This document shows, one piece after another, positions 1 through 14,317 of a DNA stretch of 64,000 bases. Source of the stretch: Phaeosaccion multiseriatum (Eukaryota; Protista; Ochrophyta, other classes). A model generated the notes under the pieces. The model did not search any database. It saw nothing but the letters and a program-made list of their open reading frames with translations, and had not been told where the DNA came from. Position numbers and translations under genes: made by a program. Numbering within the stretch: the stretch's first letter is position 1; every line of letters starts with the position of its first letter. Where the stretch lies: contig OZ218956.1 in the NCBI GenBank assembly GCA_965112735.1, positions 186,001 to 250,000 of the forward strand, in the 5' to 3' direction.

Positions 1-307
1 GTTGTACTAGCAGGGCTCGTCGCTGTTGGGCAGTGGTGATACATAAAGGAAACAGGGAAAGAAAGGATAGAAATTGAGTTTTAGTTTATGATCCCTCTTC
101 CCTTTACCAATAGCTACTTGTATCCGATGAAGACTTTAAGGGCTGTGAGAGAGCAAAGGTGACGAAGCTGGGCAGCGGCTGAGGACCAAAATGACGTGCA
201 GCAGGAAGAGTAGAAGAAGTTGGTGAGGCAAAGCTCGAGCAAGACAGGAAAGAGAGCGAGGGGAGAACAACAGCGCCAGCCTCCTCCCTCCTCTTCCTCC
301 CGCAACC

Positions 308-1316
308 ATGTCTCCTCTGTGTGTGAGGAAGAGCTTGGAGAGCCACCGCTCGGTGGAGACCATCCTCATTCCTTTGGGAGGGGTGCCGCCTCCCATCTAC
401 AAACGCTATTGCCAGACGATTAGCAGGTGTGTTGGGCGCGAAGTGGAGAGTGACAAGGAGGCTGCCATTGCTTGCTACTTGAGGCGGAGTGCACCTGCTC
501 CTGTGGTTCTGTTCAGTCCTTTCAAAGCATTGGACGGGACCGTCTTTGCTGTGCTCTGAGCGCAGGAGGGGAGAAAGAGGGGGGGGGGAGGTTGTCAGGG
601 TGGGGAGGGCGCAACGCGGGTTCGCTCAGACCTTGCGTATTTCCCAGCGAGCGTTACCAAGCCCCGAGTCACTGCTGACCACTGCATGCGAAAGCCAGGC
701 CCAGCAGCGCAAGACCCATGCTCTATCCTATCTGCACAGCCTGACATGATGACATGGCATGGCCTTCCTTCCCACCCTCCCTCCCTCCCCTGGTCATGCT
801 GCTATTACTCATGTTGGCGATGAATAACAGATTCTCCACCGTGAGCATGGACAACCTCACCGTCCCGGGCGACTGGAAGGAGAAGAGCCGCGCCACCTTC
901 CAGCACTTCCGCTGGGGGGAGGGCTGCTACAAGCTCAACTTCGTGGATGGCGCCTCTGCCGACGCTGCCGAGTGCGTGAGCGAGTGGGAGGACCTCGACG
1001 CCTACAGGAGGGTGCACTGCGTCATTGGGGTGGTGCATTTCCCCTCCGTGGCCCCCGGGATCACCTTCTCTGACCTAGAAAAGGTAGGTGGGTGGTGTCA
1101 GCCGTCGAGCTGTCGAGGACCTGTCGAAGAGCTGTCGAGCTGGTGGTGGTGGCATGACGGGAGGGAGCCTTGTGGGTGCTGCCATCCCGACCCGCCGACC
1201 CGCAGCAGGGCAGGAGACTCTTGCCTCCGCTCCTCTCCTTTCATGCCCTGTCCCTCTTGGTGAGAGTGAGAAGAAGCCCTTCTTGCTGACTGTCGCAGAT
1301 CCCCGGTCCATCCACC

Positions 1317-1355
<39 letters not shown>

Positions 1356-1671
1356 ATTGTGTGTGTGCGTGCGTGCGTATAGGAGTTCCAAGAGGCGTGT
1401 GCGGTGTACCAACACGCCAAGGTCCACCGCATCTTCGCTTTCGGTCACGACTTCGAGAAGGGCGAATACCCGAGTATCAAGGACCCCGAGAGAGACATCG
1501 TCTTTCCTCCCGAGCAGGCAAGGCCAGGAGGGGGGTATTTGTTGACTTAGGGGCCGAGGAGGGGTTGAGGAGGGGTGGGGGTCAGCGGTACTCGGCGTCA
1601 GGACGCCCTTGCTTTGACAGGGACAGGCGACTCTTTGTGTAGCCCAGCGGGAGTGTCAGCCGTGTGCAGAC

Positions 1672-1754
<83 letters not shown>

Positions 1755-1834
1755 TGAACAGATAGACAGACAGACTGACTTAGACAGACAGATCGACAGA
1801 CTGAACAGATAAACAGACGGACAGACAGACTGAC

Positions 1835-1868
<34 letters not shown>

Positions 1869-1884
1869 GAAGACAGTGAAAGAT

Positions 1885-1949
<65 letters not shown>

Positions 1950-2021
1950 GGAAGACAGACAGACAAGACACACAGACAGACAAACAGGCAGACAGACAGA
2001 CAGACAGACAGACAGACAGGA

Positions 2022-2068
<47 letters not shown>

Positions 2069-2142
2069 TAGACAGACAGACAGACAGACAGACAAACAAA
2101 CAGACAGGCAGACTGACAGACAAACAGACAGACAGGCAGACT

Positions 2143-2174
<32 letters not shown>

Positions 2175-2211
2175 TACAGACAGACGGACAGACAGACAGA
2201 CAGAAAGACAC

Positions 2212-2244
<33 letters not shown>

Positions 2245-5200
2245 AAGACACACAGACAGACCCTTATTTATTCCTGTCCTCGGCAGGGGGGGGGCAGCTG
2301 AACGAGGCCTTCCTCGAAACTCAGTGAGGCCTTACTCAAACGAACAACTAACGGCTCTACCGTACGCTCCGCTGCCCCCTTCTTACTTTTGTGCCTACGT
2401 ATGTGCCTACGTAACTACTTCAACCACAGGAGTTCGAGGACGGCGGCTCCACGACGGAGCTGCACATGGGCGTGAGTCTGTACAACGTGTGTGTGGCCCT
2501 CATCAGCGCCATGGAGAAGCAGGTGGGCTGGCTTGGCAACGCACGCAACCGTGCATTGACTGCCCTCTACTCACCGTGGACTGACTGACTGCCTTCTGCT
2601 GCCTTCCCTCCGTCGTTTCTTCTCTTCTTCCTTGCTTCTCTTCCTTCCTTTCTTCTCTGCCTTCCTTCCTTCCTTCCTTCCTTCCCTCCCTTCCTCCCTT
2701 CTTTCCTTCCCTCCTCCCTTCCCTCCCTTCCTTCCTTCCCTTCCTTTCCTTCCTTCCTTCCTTCCTGCCTTCCTTCCTTCCTTCCTTCCTTCCTTCCTTC
2801 CTTTCTCCCTTCCTTCCTCCCTTCCCTTCTTCCTTCTTTCCCTCCTTCCTTCCCTCCCTTCCTTCCTTCCCTTCCTTTCCTTCCTTCCTTCCTTCCTTCC
2901 TTCCTTCCCTTCCTTCCTTCCTTCCCTTCCTTCCTCTCTTCCTTCGCTCCTCCCTCCCTTCCTTCCTAAGGTCCGTGGCTGGAGCACAGTCCTGGCAGCG
3001 AGTGGCTCGGGCGTGGCTGCCCTCTCTGCACGCATGGCCTCTGTCGCCACCAAGGGAGAGCCCCTTCCTCCTTTAAGCTCTCCCTACGACGCCAAGGGCA
3101 GGAAGGGCGATGAGCTGTCCGAGGCCAAGCTGCACAAGCGGCGCCAGTCCAGGCTGCGCAAATGGGTGGCTGACATTTGCCTGCTCGCAGGTACGCAGAA
3201 TCTTGGCCCCGGTGATACTGAATCGATTACCCTCTCCTGCTTATGTGCTCTATCTCTTGTGCCAACCCACCCCCCCCCCTCTCTTGTGTGCTGTCTCCCT
3301 CCCTCCCCCCTCTCCTCTCTCCTCTCTCAGGCTCTCCCAAGGACGCATTGGAACAGTACGGGACCGTTCTCGCCGAGATGAAGTCCATTGACATGCTGTG
3401 GTACGCAAGTGCTCTCCAGGGATATGCCGCCTGTCTGGTGGCCATGAACGACGCCGACTTCCCCACCATCCACACCATTCACGGGGACATGACCCTGCTT
3501 AAGGGCATCACAAAGGATAGAGACGCGTCCGTAAGGGCGGGGCAGGTGGGTGTGTGGCTTGGGGGAGGGAGGGAGGGAGGGGTGGACTGACTGCCTTTGG
3601 ATGTAGAGGGAGAGAGGAGGGGTCTATTCAAAGGGAGGAAGGAGGGGCTCCAGTCAAGGCCCTGCAACGCATGCGCTTTTGTCTGCAGGGACATGTACAC
3701 ACACGCAACCACCCACCCACCCCTCTCACTTTCTCTCCCTCCCTCCCTCCCTCCCTCACCCCCCAGAGCTCTGCTTCTACATGGACGTTCCTTATGGAGG
3801 AAGTTGTGGCGGAGAAGTGTGGAGAAGCGCTCTCCCTCCTCTGCCGCTCGCCGCAACTCGCACCCCTGGAGGTAGAGCTGTGCTTCAAGCTGGCACGCTT
3901 CCATGCCAAGGCGGAGCCCCCTCGGCACGGAGACACGCTCGAGTGCCTGCTTCGGGCTCTCAGCGTGCCTGATCTGCAGAATCAGGACCAAATAGAGAGG
4001 TGGGTGGGTGTCAGGTGTCAGGTATCAGGTATCAGGTGTCAGGTGTCAGGTGTCATGTGTCAGGTGTCAGGTGTCAGGTGTCAGGTGTCAGGTGTCAGGA
4101 CGAAAGAGAGATAAGCAGAGAGAGAGAGGTGGGGGGGGGGCTTTCGGCCAGCCTTGGGGGGGGGTCTAATAAACTGAAACTGAGTCTGCTTAGTGGGGTG
4201 TGGTGTGCGTGTGTCGCCACCCCCCTCCCCAATCCTCCTTCATTTTCCCTGTCCTCATCACCACCACCTCCGCCTCCCCCTCCTCCTCCTCCTCCTCCTC
4301 CTCCTCCTCCTCCTCCTCCTCCTCCTCCTCCTCCTCCGCCTCCCCCTCCTCCTCCTCCTCCTCCTCCTCCTCCTCCTCCTCCTCCTCCTCCTCCTCCTCC
4401 TCCTCCTCCTCCTCCTCCTCCTCCTCCTCCTCCTCCTCCTCCTCCTCCTCCTCCTCCTCCTCCTCTCCTCCAATTAGATCCATTGAGGCGGCTATTGTTT
4501 GTGAGGGTATGCAACTGAGCCGCAAGGCCTCTCTCTTCGCTCACCTTGCGGCCCTTCAGTGCTCTGAGCTGGGCAGCTGCCACACCGCACACAGCCTCGC
4601 CAGGATAGCCGCAGAGGGGTACGGCTTGATCTGCCAAGACGCGCAGCAGCAGCAGTTGGCGATACAGCAGCAGGAGAAGGAGGAGGAGCAGGAGAAGCAG
4701 CAGGGCGGGCAGAGGTGAGGGGCGGAAGAGAGAGGAGAGAGGAGAGAGGAAAGAGGAGAGAGAGGGGGGGTGGGGAGAGGCAGGGGGAGAGGAGAGAGGA
4801 GAGAGGGGGTGTGGGGTGGGGTTGACTGCTGCGCGTGCGTGCGTGCGTGCGTGCGTGCGTGTGTGTTCGAATCATCATGCCCTCTCGGTGGTGTAAGAGG
4901 TAAGAGGCCTACCTCGAGGCAGGCAGGTCCTGACACCCCTCCCCTCCACTGCCATCCACTGCCATCCCTCCTGACAGCGGCAAGGGCAAGGGCAAGGGCA
5001 AGGGTAAGGGGTGGGTGGTGCTCCGCAAGCTGATGCTGCAGTCGCTGCTCGAGATCAGCGCCCACTGCGGCGACTCTTCCAGCGCTGCACAGTACTTCGC
5101 TGCCCTGCTCAGGGTCATGGCAGCGCTACAGGTGAGCAGCGAGTCAGTGGGGGTGGGCGCAAACATACGTATATATATATATGTGTATATATATTGTAAT

Positions 5201-8200
5201 TGTACTTCGTAGTAGAATACTGTAGGGTTTGTAGCACTCTCCGGCACAAGTGTCTGTTCACAGAGGGAGGGAGTGTGTCTATCAATTGTATATGACTGTA
5301 GCTTTGGCTGTAAACTTTGGCTGGTTAGCTGCCAGCCTCCAACCGCTTTGCTCTGCTGTGCTCTGCTCTGCTGTGCCCTGCCCATCTGCCTTGCCTCTTG
5401 CTTCATCAGGAGGAGCAGCAAAAAGCCGCGCTGGATTCGTACACCCTCCCCTCCGCCGACCCGCCAGGGGGGGGCAGCACAGCCACCACCAGGGCCCCCA
5501 AAACCCCGGGGGGGAGAGCCCTTTTTATGGAGGCGCTGCAAGGAAGCTTGGCGGAGTACACGGACGACCACGACGGTGGCGCTGGAGGCGCTGGAGGCAT
5601 GTATCACAGCAGTAGCGGCAACAGGCCCACCACTTGGACAGACCGCATGCTCAAGCGAGGCGGGGAGGGAGGCCCGGGAGGGAGGGATGGCACCTCGAGT
5701 GCCTCTCTTTCGCCGCAGAGGGCCGGGAACGTGCCTCTTGGCAGCATGGGCAGTCTGTCTAGCCCTGTGGACAAGGCTGACAATAAGGCGGAGAGGGAGC
5801 CCTTCGGGACTGAGTTGCCGTCTCCAAGCGCAGCAGAGGGCAAGGGAGGAGGAGGAGGGGGAGGAGGAGCGGGAGGAGGAGGAGGAGGAGGAGGAGGAGG
5901 AGGAGGAGGAGGAGGAGGAGGAGGAGGAGCGAGGGGGGGGGGCCGGGGGGCGGGGGGCGAGGCAGTGGGGAAGAGGGGCGGGGGGGGGGCTGCTGACAAG
6001 CGTGGTACTAGCAGGGGGGGACGGCGCATCGCTCTGCCCAAGGCGCTGATGGGACACAGCAGGAAGCTGCGCAGTGGTAGCGGGAGCAGTATTAACCTCC
6101 GCAAGGGGTTTTCCGGGCTGGGCAAGAGCAGCGGTGCATTGGCCAACACCGGGGGGGGGCATGGAGCCTTTGATGGAGAGGGGGACGACGACGGTGCGGC
6201 AGCAGGTGCGACATTGGGATGCTTTGGGATGCTTCACTGTCCACACACCAAGCTTGAAAGTGACACTTGCCTGTCTCCTCTCTGCCACCCCCCCCCCTCC
6301 CCCCTCAGCGAGCGGCAGCACGTCCACTGTGGCTCACTTGGCAGCCTCTTCCCGCCAAGACCAGCTCGACCTCCTCAGAGAGATGGCACTCTGCAGCGCT
6401 AGACTAGCCCCCTCGGGGAGCAGACAAGCCCCCTCGGGTCCCGGTCTCTCTGACCAGCCCCCCCTGGGAATCCCCAGGCTGCTGTGGGCACGCCCTGTCC
6501 CGCTGCAAGGTGCCGATCTTCCTGTCAAGCACCTGAGGAGGGGCAGGCCCAGTCATATGGGCGGGGAGGCGACGGACGCCCTCACGCCTCGCAGCGGAGG
6601 CTTCTTCAACCCCTACGACAAGGGGCCGGCACAAGGCCAGGGGGGAGGAGGAGGGAAGGCAGTGGATGGGCAGGGGGGCGTGCTGCCGGTGCGATGGGTG
6701 GCTGGAGAGGCGGCAAGAGTGACGGTGAGGCTGAGCAACCCCCTTGCCGTGCCGCTGGAGGTGCAGGCGGCCACTCTGGTGTGCAGAGGAGACGCCAAGG
6801 TGCTGACGTACCCTGCCAGTGTGACTTTGCCGCCCCACTCCAAGGCCGTGGATGTGTTGTTGCTGGCCAAGCCGCTCGAGCCTGGGCCCCTCGACATCGC
6901 GGGGGTGAAGCTCAAGGTGTTGCATGTTGAGAGCACTTGGCCGGTGGACGAGAGGGGAAGGGCCAAGCTCTTGCAGAGGGAGGTGGCGAGGCCCAAGGGC
7001 TTCTGTGGGCTCTATGAGGAGGGAGAGGAGGAGAGGGAGGGGTGGCAACAGGGCGGGGCGGGGAAGGGGCTGGACGACGGGGGCGCGTGCACAAACCGCG
7101 TGGAGGTGGTGGAGGAGTTACCGAGGCTGCTGCTGCGAGGCCAAGGCATTGACCTTCGCACTCTTCTGCCTGGGGAGAAGCGCCTCGAGCAGCTTACCTT
7201 GGAGAACGTCAGCAGTAGCCGGCCGGTGACGAGCGTCAGCGTGGAGTGGGTGCGCTACTTCAAGCCGCAACCGCAGCAGTTGGTGGTACAGCAGGGGCAG
7301 GGCGGCGGCGGCGGCGGCGGCGGTGGTGGTGGTGGTGGTGGTGGTGGTGGTGGTGGTGGTAGCGGTAGCGGTGGCGGTGGTAGCAAGCAGGGGAAAACGG
7401 TCAAGACGCTGCTCTTCAACAGCGAGTTCGAGTCCGACTCCTCCGCCTCTGTCTCTGTCTCTGTCCCTGCAGGGGATGTCCCTGTGAGGCTGCCGGGGGA
7501 AGCGCGTGGTAGTGGCGGTGTGGACGAAGGGAGGATGGGCGGTGGGGGTGGAGCGGCGGCGAAAGTGCCTCCGCTCCTCTCCTGTCCCGGCCCTGCAGTT
7601 AGAGGAGTGGGCGGAGGGGGCGACGACGGTGGGCGTATCACCAACGGCCTCATTCCGCCGCGCAGCACCCTGACCATTCCGCTGCAGCTCGACGGCTCAG
7701 AGCTCGTGCTCGCTGCCCCGGGCGAGGAGGTGACCGGCGACATCGTTGTCAACTATTCTTGCAAAGAGAGCAGAGAGAGCAGAGGGGCGTCGCTCGTGGA
7801 TGTGTCCCCTCCGGCGTCTCCGCGGGGGGGGGCTGCCCAGGGGGGAAGCAGCAATGACTTGTCCAATGGCGGTTTGTTTGAGAGGAGGCTGTCGCTACCG
7901 GTGCGGGCCGTTGTGGGCCTTGGTGTGAGCATCTTGTCCGTCAGAGTGGCTCAGTGCGCGGGCGAGGAGGGAGGCGGGGACGGGGGGGCGCGCAGCTGGG
8001 ATGTTCTCGGGGCGAGCAGCGACTGCCGCCAGTGCCGCTTGCTCCTCGACGTGTGCAACGGAATGGACCGACCCGTTACCCTCCGCGGCAGGGCAGACCC
8101 GGGGGGGGCAGACCCAGGGGGGGCAGGCCCAGGGGGGGCAGAGCCAGAGCAGACCCCCTGGGGGCAGCCCGCCTGGGAGAAGCCCCCCTGGGTGCTACAA

Positions 8201-8974
8201 CCCCGCTCGCACCGCTGCATCAGCCTGTTGCTCGACCGCCTCCCCGTGGGGGCGACGGAGGGGATGGCGTTGGAAGGGGGCGAGGGGGAGGGGGAAGGGG
8301 TGGCGCCCCTGTACCCTTTGCTGTCGGCGCGCCCCTTGCGTCGATGGGAGGCCGCCCTTCTGCGCTACGTGGAGGGGGCCGTGCAGCTTGACTGGAGCAC
8401 CAAGGGGGGGGATGGCAGTGGACGGGCGGGCGGCGGAGGGGTGCTGCGTTTGGCGCTGTCCGAGCTTGGCGACGACGGGTATGTGCAGGTGGAGAAGGTG
8501 GAGGGAGGTGGGGCGGGATTGGGTATGGCCATCTCTGGCAGCGGCAGAGGCATGAGCGGCGGCGGGAGTGTGAGTGGGTCCCACCCCCACCCAAACAGCC
8601 CTAGGAAGCGCGTGCAGCCCAATTCGGGGGGGGCGGTGCCCGGCGTTGGAGGCGCAGTGAGTGCAGTCACAGGGTCTCTCACACCCTCCGCGGCGGTGCA
8701 GGAGGAGAGCCGAGTGCCCTTGTGCCTGCTCGGCGTGTTGCTGCCCAAGGTCAGCATCTCTTGTCTTCCGTGCCGCACGCCACAGCTCCGCCTGGCGCCA
8801 GCAGGAGCAGCAGGAGCAGCAGGAGCCGGAGGGGAAGCGGTTGGTGATAGCAGTGGTAGCCAACTGCAGGCCTTCCCCCTGCTCTCGGAGCTGCCTGAGG
8901 GGGACGCGTCCTGGAGCGTCAAGGCAGGGCTCTTCGCCATGGTGCCTCTCACTGTGGTGGTTTCCGACGGGCAT

Positions 8975-9005
<31 letters not shown>

Positions 9006-9490
9006 GAGGAGGAGGAGAAGGAGATGGTGGAGGTGGTGGTAGTACACGAGTTGGTGATACAGGGGCGGCCTCGGCTCCCGTCGCCAATATGCGGCTCCAA
9101 GTGTTTGCCCAGCGCCGCACGGACAAGGGATGGCAGGAGGCCCCCGCCTGGCACGTGACGTGGGCCGGTGTGCTGGACGTGGAGTACCAACACGAAGAGG
9201 GTCGTCGCCAAAGCACCTTCACCCACTGCGCCGTGGCGACCCTGCACGAGACGGGAGAGTACCGCCTCTCCTGCCGCTGCACTGGGGACAACCCCGGGGG
9301 GGGGGAAGGGGGCATGTCCCCCTGGGGCGGCGGAGGAGGCAGTGTGCAGAGCTCGAGGCCGCTGACGGTGGTGGTGACGGAGGGCGGCCAGGGGCAGCGG
9401 TTGGTGATACAGCGCCAGGGGAAGCCGTTGGTGATACAGCGGCAGCAGCAGCCGAGCACAGCGACAGGGAGCGACGCCGGGCATGAATGA
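308..9490 (+). CDS. TRAPPC9: TRAPP II complex subunit TRAPPC9/Trs120 homolog, 11 exons, ~1870 aa (inflated by low-complexity inserts)
   Basis: Phase-consistent exons 308-426, 831-1083, 1383-1517 (GC donor), 2430-2522, 2971-3190, 3331-3530, 3767-3999, 4478-4714, 4978-5131, 5410-6205, 6309-9490. Trs120-like motifs: WEDLDAYRRVHCVIGV, RLRKWVADICLLAGSP.DAL..Y, DMLWYASALQGYA, FFNPY...WVAGEAARVTVRLSNPLAVPLEV. Confidence 0.85.
1667..2260. repeat. (GACA)n intronic microsatellite
   Basis: Direct reading; TRAPPC9 intron 3. Confidence 0.95.
2600..2967. repeat. (CCTT)n/(CCCT)n intronic pyrimidine tract
   Basis: Direct reading; TRAPPC9 intron 4. Confidence 0.9.
4010..4465. repeat. (GTCAGGT)n and (CCT)n intronic repeats
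   Basis: 7-mer at ~4010-4098 and CCT run at ~4270-4465, in TRAPPC9 intron 7. Confidence 0.9.
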
Positions 9491-9650
9491 CATGAATCAG
9501 TGGCAACTTTATGACAAGCTTTGCCCTGTGCAAATGGATTCGAATTAGTCAAGTCTCTATTGCCACCCTCCCGAGTGCTCATCGATTCAAAATAGCACTC
9601 CTACCAAACCCCATCTATCGGATATATCTACAGACTGCCATATATACACA

Positions 9651-10392
9651 TTAGCTGTACGTGCCCCCCTCCTCCCTCTGCCCCACCCACCCCTCCTCCT
9701 CCTCCTCCTCCTCCTCCTCCTCCTCCTCCTCCTCCTGTTCGTCCACTGTATGTTCGCGCGTGACGTGCGTGCCCCATGCCCGTGCGTGTGCGTGTGCGTG
9801 CTCCACCCGGAGGTGCGTCTCCGACAGCGTCTCCAGGGGGCCCATGGAGGCGTGGCGGGCCCTGAGATCAACAGATGGCAGCAGATGGCAGCAGATGGCA
9901 GCAGACGGAGTCAGACAAGAGGACAGAAAGAGAGACACAAAAGGAAAGTCAAACTTCGATGCCTTTGGTCCTTTCGCTCCTGCCGCACGCACTCACTCAC
10001 TCACGCACTCACTCACCTCCTCCTCCGGTCGATCTTGGTGGCCTCTCCTCCCCTCGTGGACGCGTCGACTCCCTCGGTAACCTTGGACATTGCCCCCAGC
10101 GCGCCCGCCACCGGCGCCGCCACCACCCCGACAAGCCCCTTGGCCACCCCCGTCAAGAAGCCACCCACCCCCTCCTCCTTGGCACCCTCCAGCGGCATCT
10201 CGACCATGCCCACGAGGCCCTGTCGCATGGAAGAGAAGAGAAGCCTCCCTCCCTCCGCCAGGCCGTCTCCGACGTGGTGGATGGGGCGGGCCTTGCTGCT
10301 GCTGCTGCTGCTGCTGCCGTCCTCCCTCCTCCGCCCCTCGCTCCTCCTCCTGAGCGGCAGGGACATACCCTCCTGTTGCTGCTGTATCACCA

Positions 10393-10424
<32 letters not shown>

Positions 10425-12071
10425 GCCTTCCACTCCTCCTCCTCCTGCGACCCCCGTGCCTGCTGCCCCTGCTGCTGCTGTATCACCAACTGCTGCTGCT
10501 GCTGCTGCCCCGCGTACTCCTCGCCCTTGGCCCCTGTCCAGCCCCCCCCCATACCGTGCCGCTGCTGCTCGTGTATATCGTGCTGGTCGTGGTCCTCGTC
10601 GTCCGAGGCTGAGCCGGAGCCGGAGCCGAAGTAGTCATCCGGCAGCTCAGTGCCGGACAGGGCTCGAATCACTCCCTCCAGAGAGCTGGTGATCTTGGCT
10701 GCACTGCCGAAGCTGCAGCAGGAAAAGGGGGAGGGAGGGAGGGAGGGAGGGAGGGAGGGAGGAGGGAGGGAGGGAGGGAGGAGGGAGGAGGGAGGGAAGG
10801 AGGAGGGAAGGAGGGAAGAGACGAAGGAAGGAAGGAAGGAAGGAAGGAGGGAAGGAAGGAGACTCAGTGCTTTCAAACGAAGGTGAAATGCCCCTTCACC
10901 AAGGGCACCCGCCCCAAGAGACACTTCCCCTCGGCACTCCCCTAACGTCGGGCCACCCCCCCCCCCCTTGACTCACGTGCCGCCCACCACGCCCCTCACG
11001 AGATGCTTGGCGCCCTCCCCCTTGGTGCTCGCCTCGCCCAACACTTCAGCGTGTGTCTTTTGGAAGAACTGCACGACGGAGTCACCCAGGCCCCCCAACA
11101 GAGAGAGGGGGTCTCCCAGCAGCTCCATCGAGCTGAGGAGAGGAGGAAGGGTGCGGGGGGGGGGGGGTGCACACGCACGCACGCACACACGCGGAGGGAG
11201 GGGATGGGCAGGCCAAGGGGAGTAGGGGGTTAAGCTCGTGCATGAATTTGTTCACTGCGAGGGAAACAGCCTCCCCATGTATGCCTGCAGTTGTTCCACT
11301 CCACTTCAATACTATCCACTCCAAACCAATACCTGCTCTCCCTCCCTCTGTATCACCAACTCCCTCACCCGATAATCTTGTATCCCTGCTTCACCCCCTG
11401 CTGCACGAGTGACTGCTTCACCATGTGGCCCAGCCCCCTGGCACTGCCGAAGAAGTGCTGCACCACAAGCTCGTCAAACACAAAGGTGGGGTGCACGTGA
11501 GCAAAGTGACTTCCCACAACCCCGAGCGCCGCCAGCAGGTTCCAACCCACCAGCGCCGAGGGAAGCAATCCCCCCCCTCCCCCCCCCGCCATCTGTGAGT
11601 CGCCCACCCCCCCCTCGAGGTCTTCAGAGGCGAGCGTGTCCTCATCAAGTGCCCTGGGGCTGACGAGTAGTTCCACCCTCACTACGAGGGTGCTGAGGTG
11701 GAACAGCTCCAGGTACATGAGGGCGGAGCGCGAGTCTGTGGGGGGCTCGAGCACCGGACGGATGCTCGCCTTGGCGGACTTGCGCCACATCTTCGCCACG
11801 GCTTCGCTGTCTGCTGACTCAGGCAAGATCTGGCCAAGAGGGGGGGCAGGGGAGGGGTTGAAGAGGGAGGTGAAGAGAGAGGTGAAGAGAGAGGTGCGAT
11901 GGGAGGTAGTTGAGGGGGCAAGCATGGTGCGATGGGACGTACACGCACATAGGCAACACATACACGAACACACAACACAACACAAGGCAACACAACACAC
12001 ACATACATACACACACACACACAACACACACACACATACACACACATACACACACACACACACACATACAA

Positions 12072-12110
<39 letters not shown>

Positions 12111-14247
12111 GGACACACTAAAATCTCTCACTTACCCCCGTGACGAGGGCGAGCAAGTAGAGGAGAAAGTCGACATCGACATGCATATCGAGCTCCATCA
12201 GAGCAACATCGAATCGCTTGAGATGCGTCACGTTGCCCTGCGGCGCCCTCTCCCGCTCGTACAGGAGCCTGAGCACTGGCACTGAAACTCCCCCTCCCCT
12301 GAGGTGCGAGTTGAAACCGCTGTTGGAGGGCTGCAGCAGCACGGGCAGCTGCGAGCGGGGCCGCATATCATCGACCTGCACGTGATACACACTCAGCTCT
12401 AGGAGTCACAGTTGGCGGATAGGCAGGGAGGGGAGGGGAGGGACATGTGAGTTCAGTTCATCCTCAGTATCAGTCACTCAGTCCAAGGACGAGGCAAGGC
12501 AGAGGTAGGCACATGGGCAGGAAGGGTGGCAAGACGAAGAAACAAGCCCAGGCCTAGACAAAGGCACTCGCCTCGCCACTCACTCACTGACTTACTGACC
12601 TGCCAGGTTGGTGCCGCTGGGCTTGACGGCACATACCCCGTCTACACTCAGTGACACCACCTCTTGCGAGCCGTGGGGGAGGGAGCCCACTAAGGAAACG
12701 ATGAGGCCCGCCAGAGACACTCGCAGGTCAGCGAGGGTGAAGAGGCGGCGGTACTCTGTTAAGGCGTTGCGAGTGCCCGACAGAGACAGAGCCTCGCTGA
12801 CAGTGACAGGGACAGGGAGAGAGGAGAGAGGAGGGGGGAGGAGGGTGAGAGAGGGGGAGAGGGAGGGAGACGGAGACGGAGAGGGAGAGGGAGAGAGAGA
12901 GGGAGAGAGAGAGAGGAGCGGGAAGGGAGAGGGAGAGGGAGAGGGAGAGGGAGAAGAGGGATTGGAGAGGGATGGGAGAGAGAGAGGGAGAGGGAGACGG
13001 AGAGGGAGAGGAGGGGCGGGAGCGGCAGGGGAAACTTGGAGTGTTTTCATCCGTCTCGCGCAAGGGCGGGGCAGGCCACAATACATAAGGCCTCTCCCTG
13101 TGTGCATCCTTTTAACACGCACACACCACACACCTGTGCTGCACATTGCCGAGGGAGATGACACGTGTGCGTCCCTCCGCCCTCACATTCCCCCACAGCG
13201 TGAGTCTGCCGCCTCCTATTCCTCGACTCCCCTCCACCCCCCACACGCTCTTACTCCCCTCCAGCTGCAGCGGCTCAACTTCTCCAATCTTGTCCAGACG
13301 GTACAGCTGCGTCACTCCGTCCGCTACCATCCTCTGCCCTCCCCCGCCATCCACTGCCATCCTCCCCACCCCTACCCGAAGCCGCCGTGAGGTGCCATAG
13401 TCCCACAGGAAGGAGCGCCACTCCAGGGGGGGAAGCTCTGCCCAGGGGGGCTGGTCCTGCTCCGCCACCCCCTGCACCTCCTGGCGGTACAGAACGGTTT
13501 CCGAGCTGGCTCTGTTCTCCAGGCGGAAGGGCGGGTATAGAGATGCGTCCGAGAGAGTCACGAAGACGGTGGAGCCGCGCAGGCTGAGGTATGCAGCCAC
13601 GATGTAGCACCGTCTGGGAGAGAGAGAGAGAAGGAAGCACGGAGGCGAAGGAGAGGAGCAAGAGTGCGGATGGGGTGGCGGCGGTCAGATGATGAGGCCT
13701 CCTTCCTTCCTTCCTGCCTTCCTTCCTTCCTTCCTTCCTTCCTTGTTTGGCTTGCTTGCTAGCTTACCCTATCCCCCAGACCACTCACTTCCCCATCCAC
13801 CCACCCATTGACATGCTACTTACCCGTCGCCATCTGTGACCCACATATGGCTCTCTCCGATGTCCTCCACAAACACAGGGTGCATGTGCTGGCCCTGCCC
13901 ATATGCCTGCCCATATGCCTGCCCATATGCCTGCCCGTGCTGCTCTGGCCCGCTGGAGGCAGCGGCTGACACGTCTCCCTCCCCCCCTACAAACACACAC
14001 TTGCTCTCTTTGTGCTGCCCGGCCCCTACGCTGTCACTGCCCAGCAGAGGCATGAGGCCCCGCAGCTGGGATGATGTGCCGGCATCCCCGCCCTTCCCTC
14101 CTCCGTCGGAACATGCCCTCCTCTGTGCCAGTCAAGTGCAAAAGTAAACAAGCACGTTAGCATGATGACAAGACAAGCGTAGCGGGGCAGAGACCGTTCC
14201 GTGAAGGTTCTGCACTCCTCGTGAAGCAAAGGACATGAGAAAGCGCG

Positions 14248-14317
<70 letters not shown>

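Noticed and set aside
1575-3053. Long ORFs of LSVC/RQTD/LPSF repeats
   Set aside because: Translations of intronic GACA and CCTT microsatellites.
8195-9582. 432-aa and 405-aa minus-strand ORFs
   Set aside because: Antisense shadows of the GC-rich TRAPPC9 last exon; no recognisable domain.
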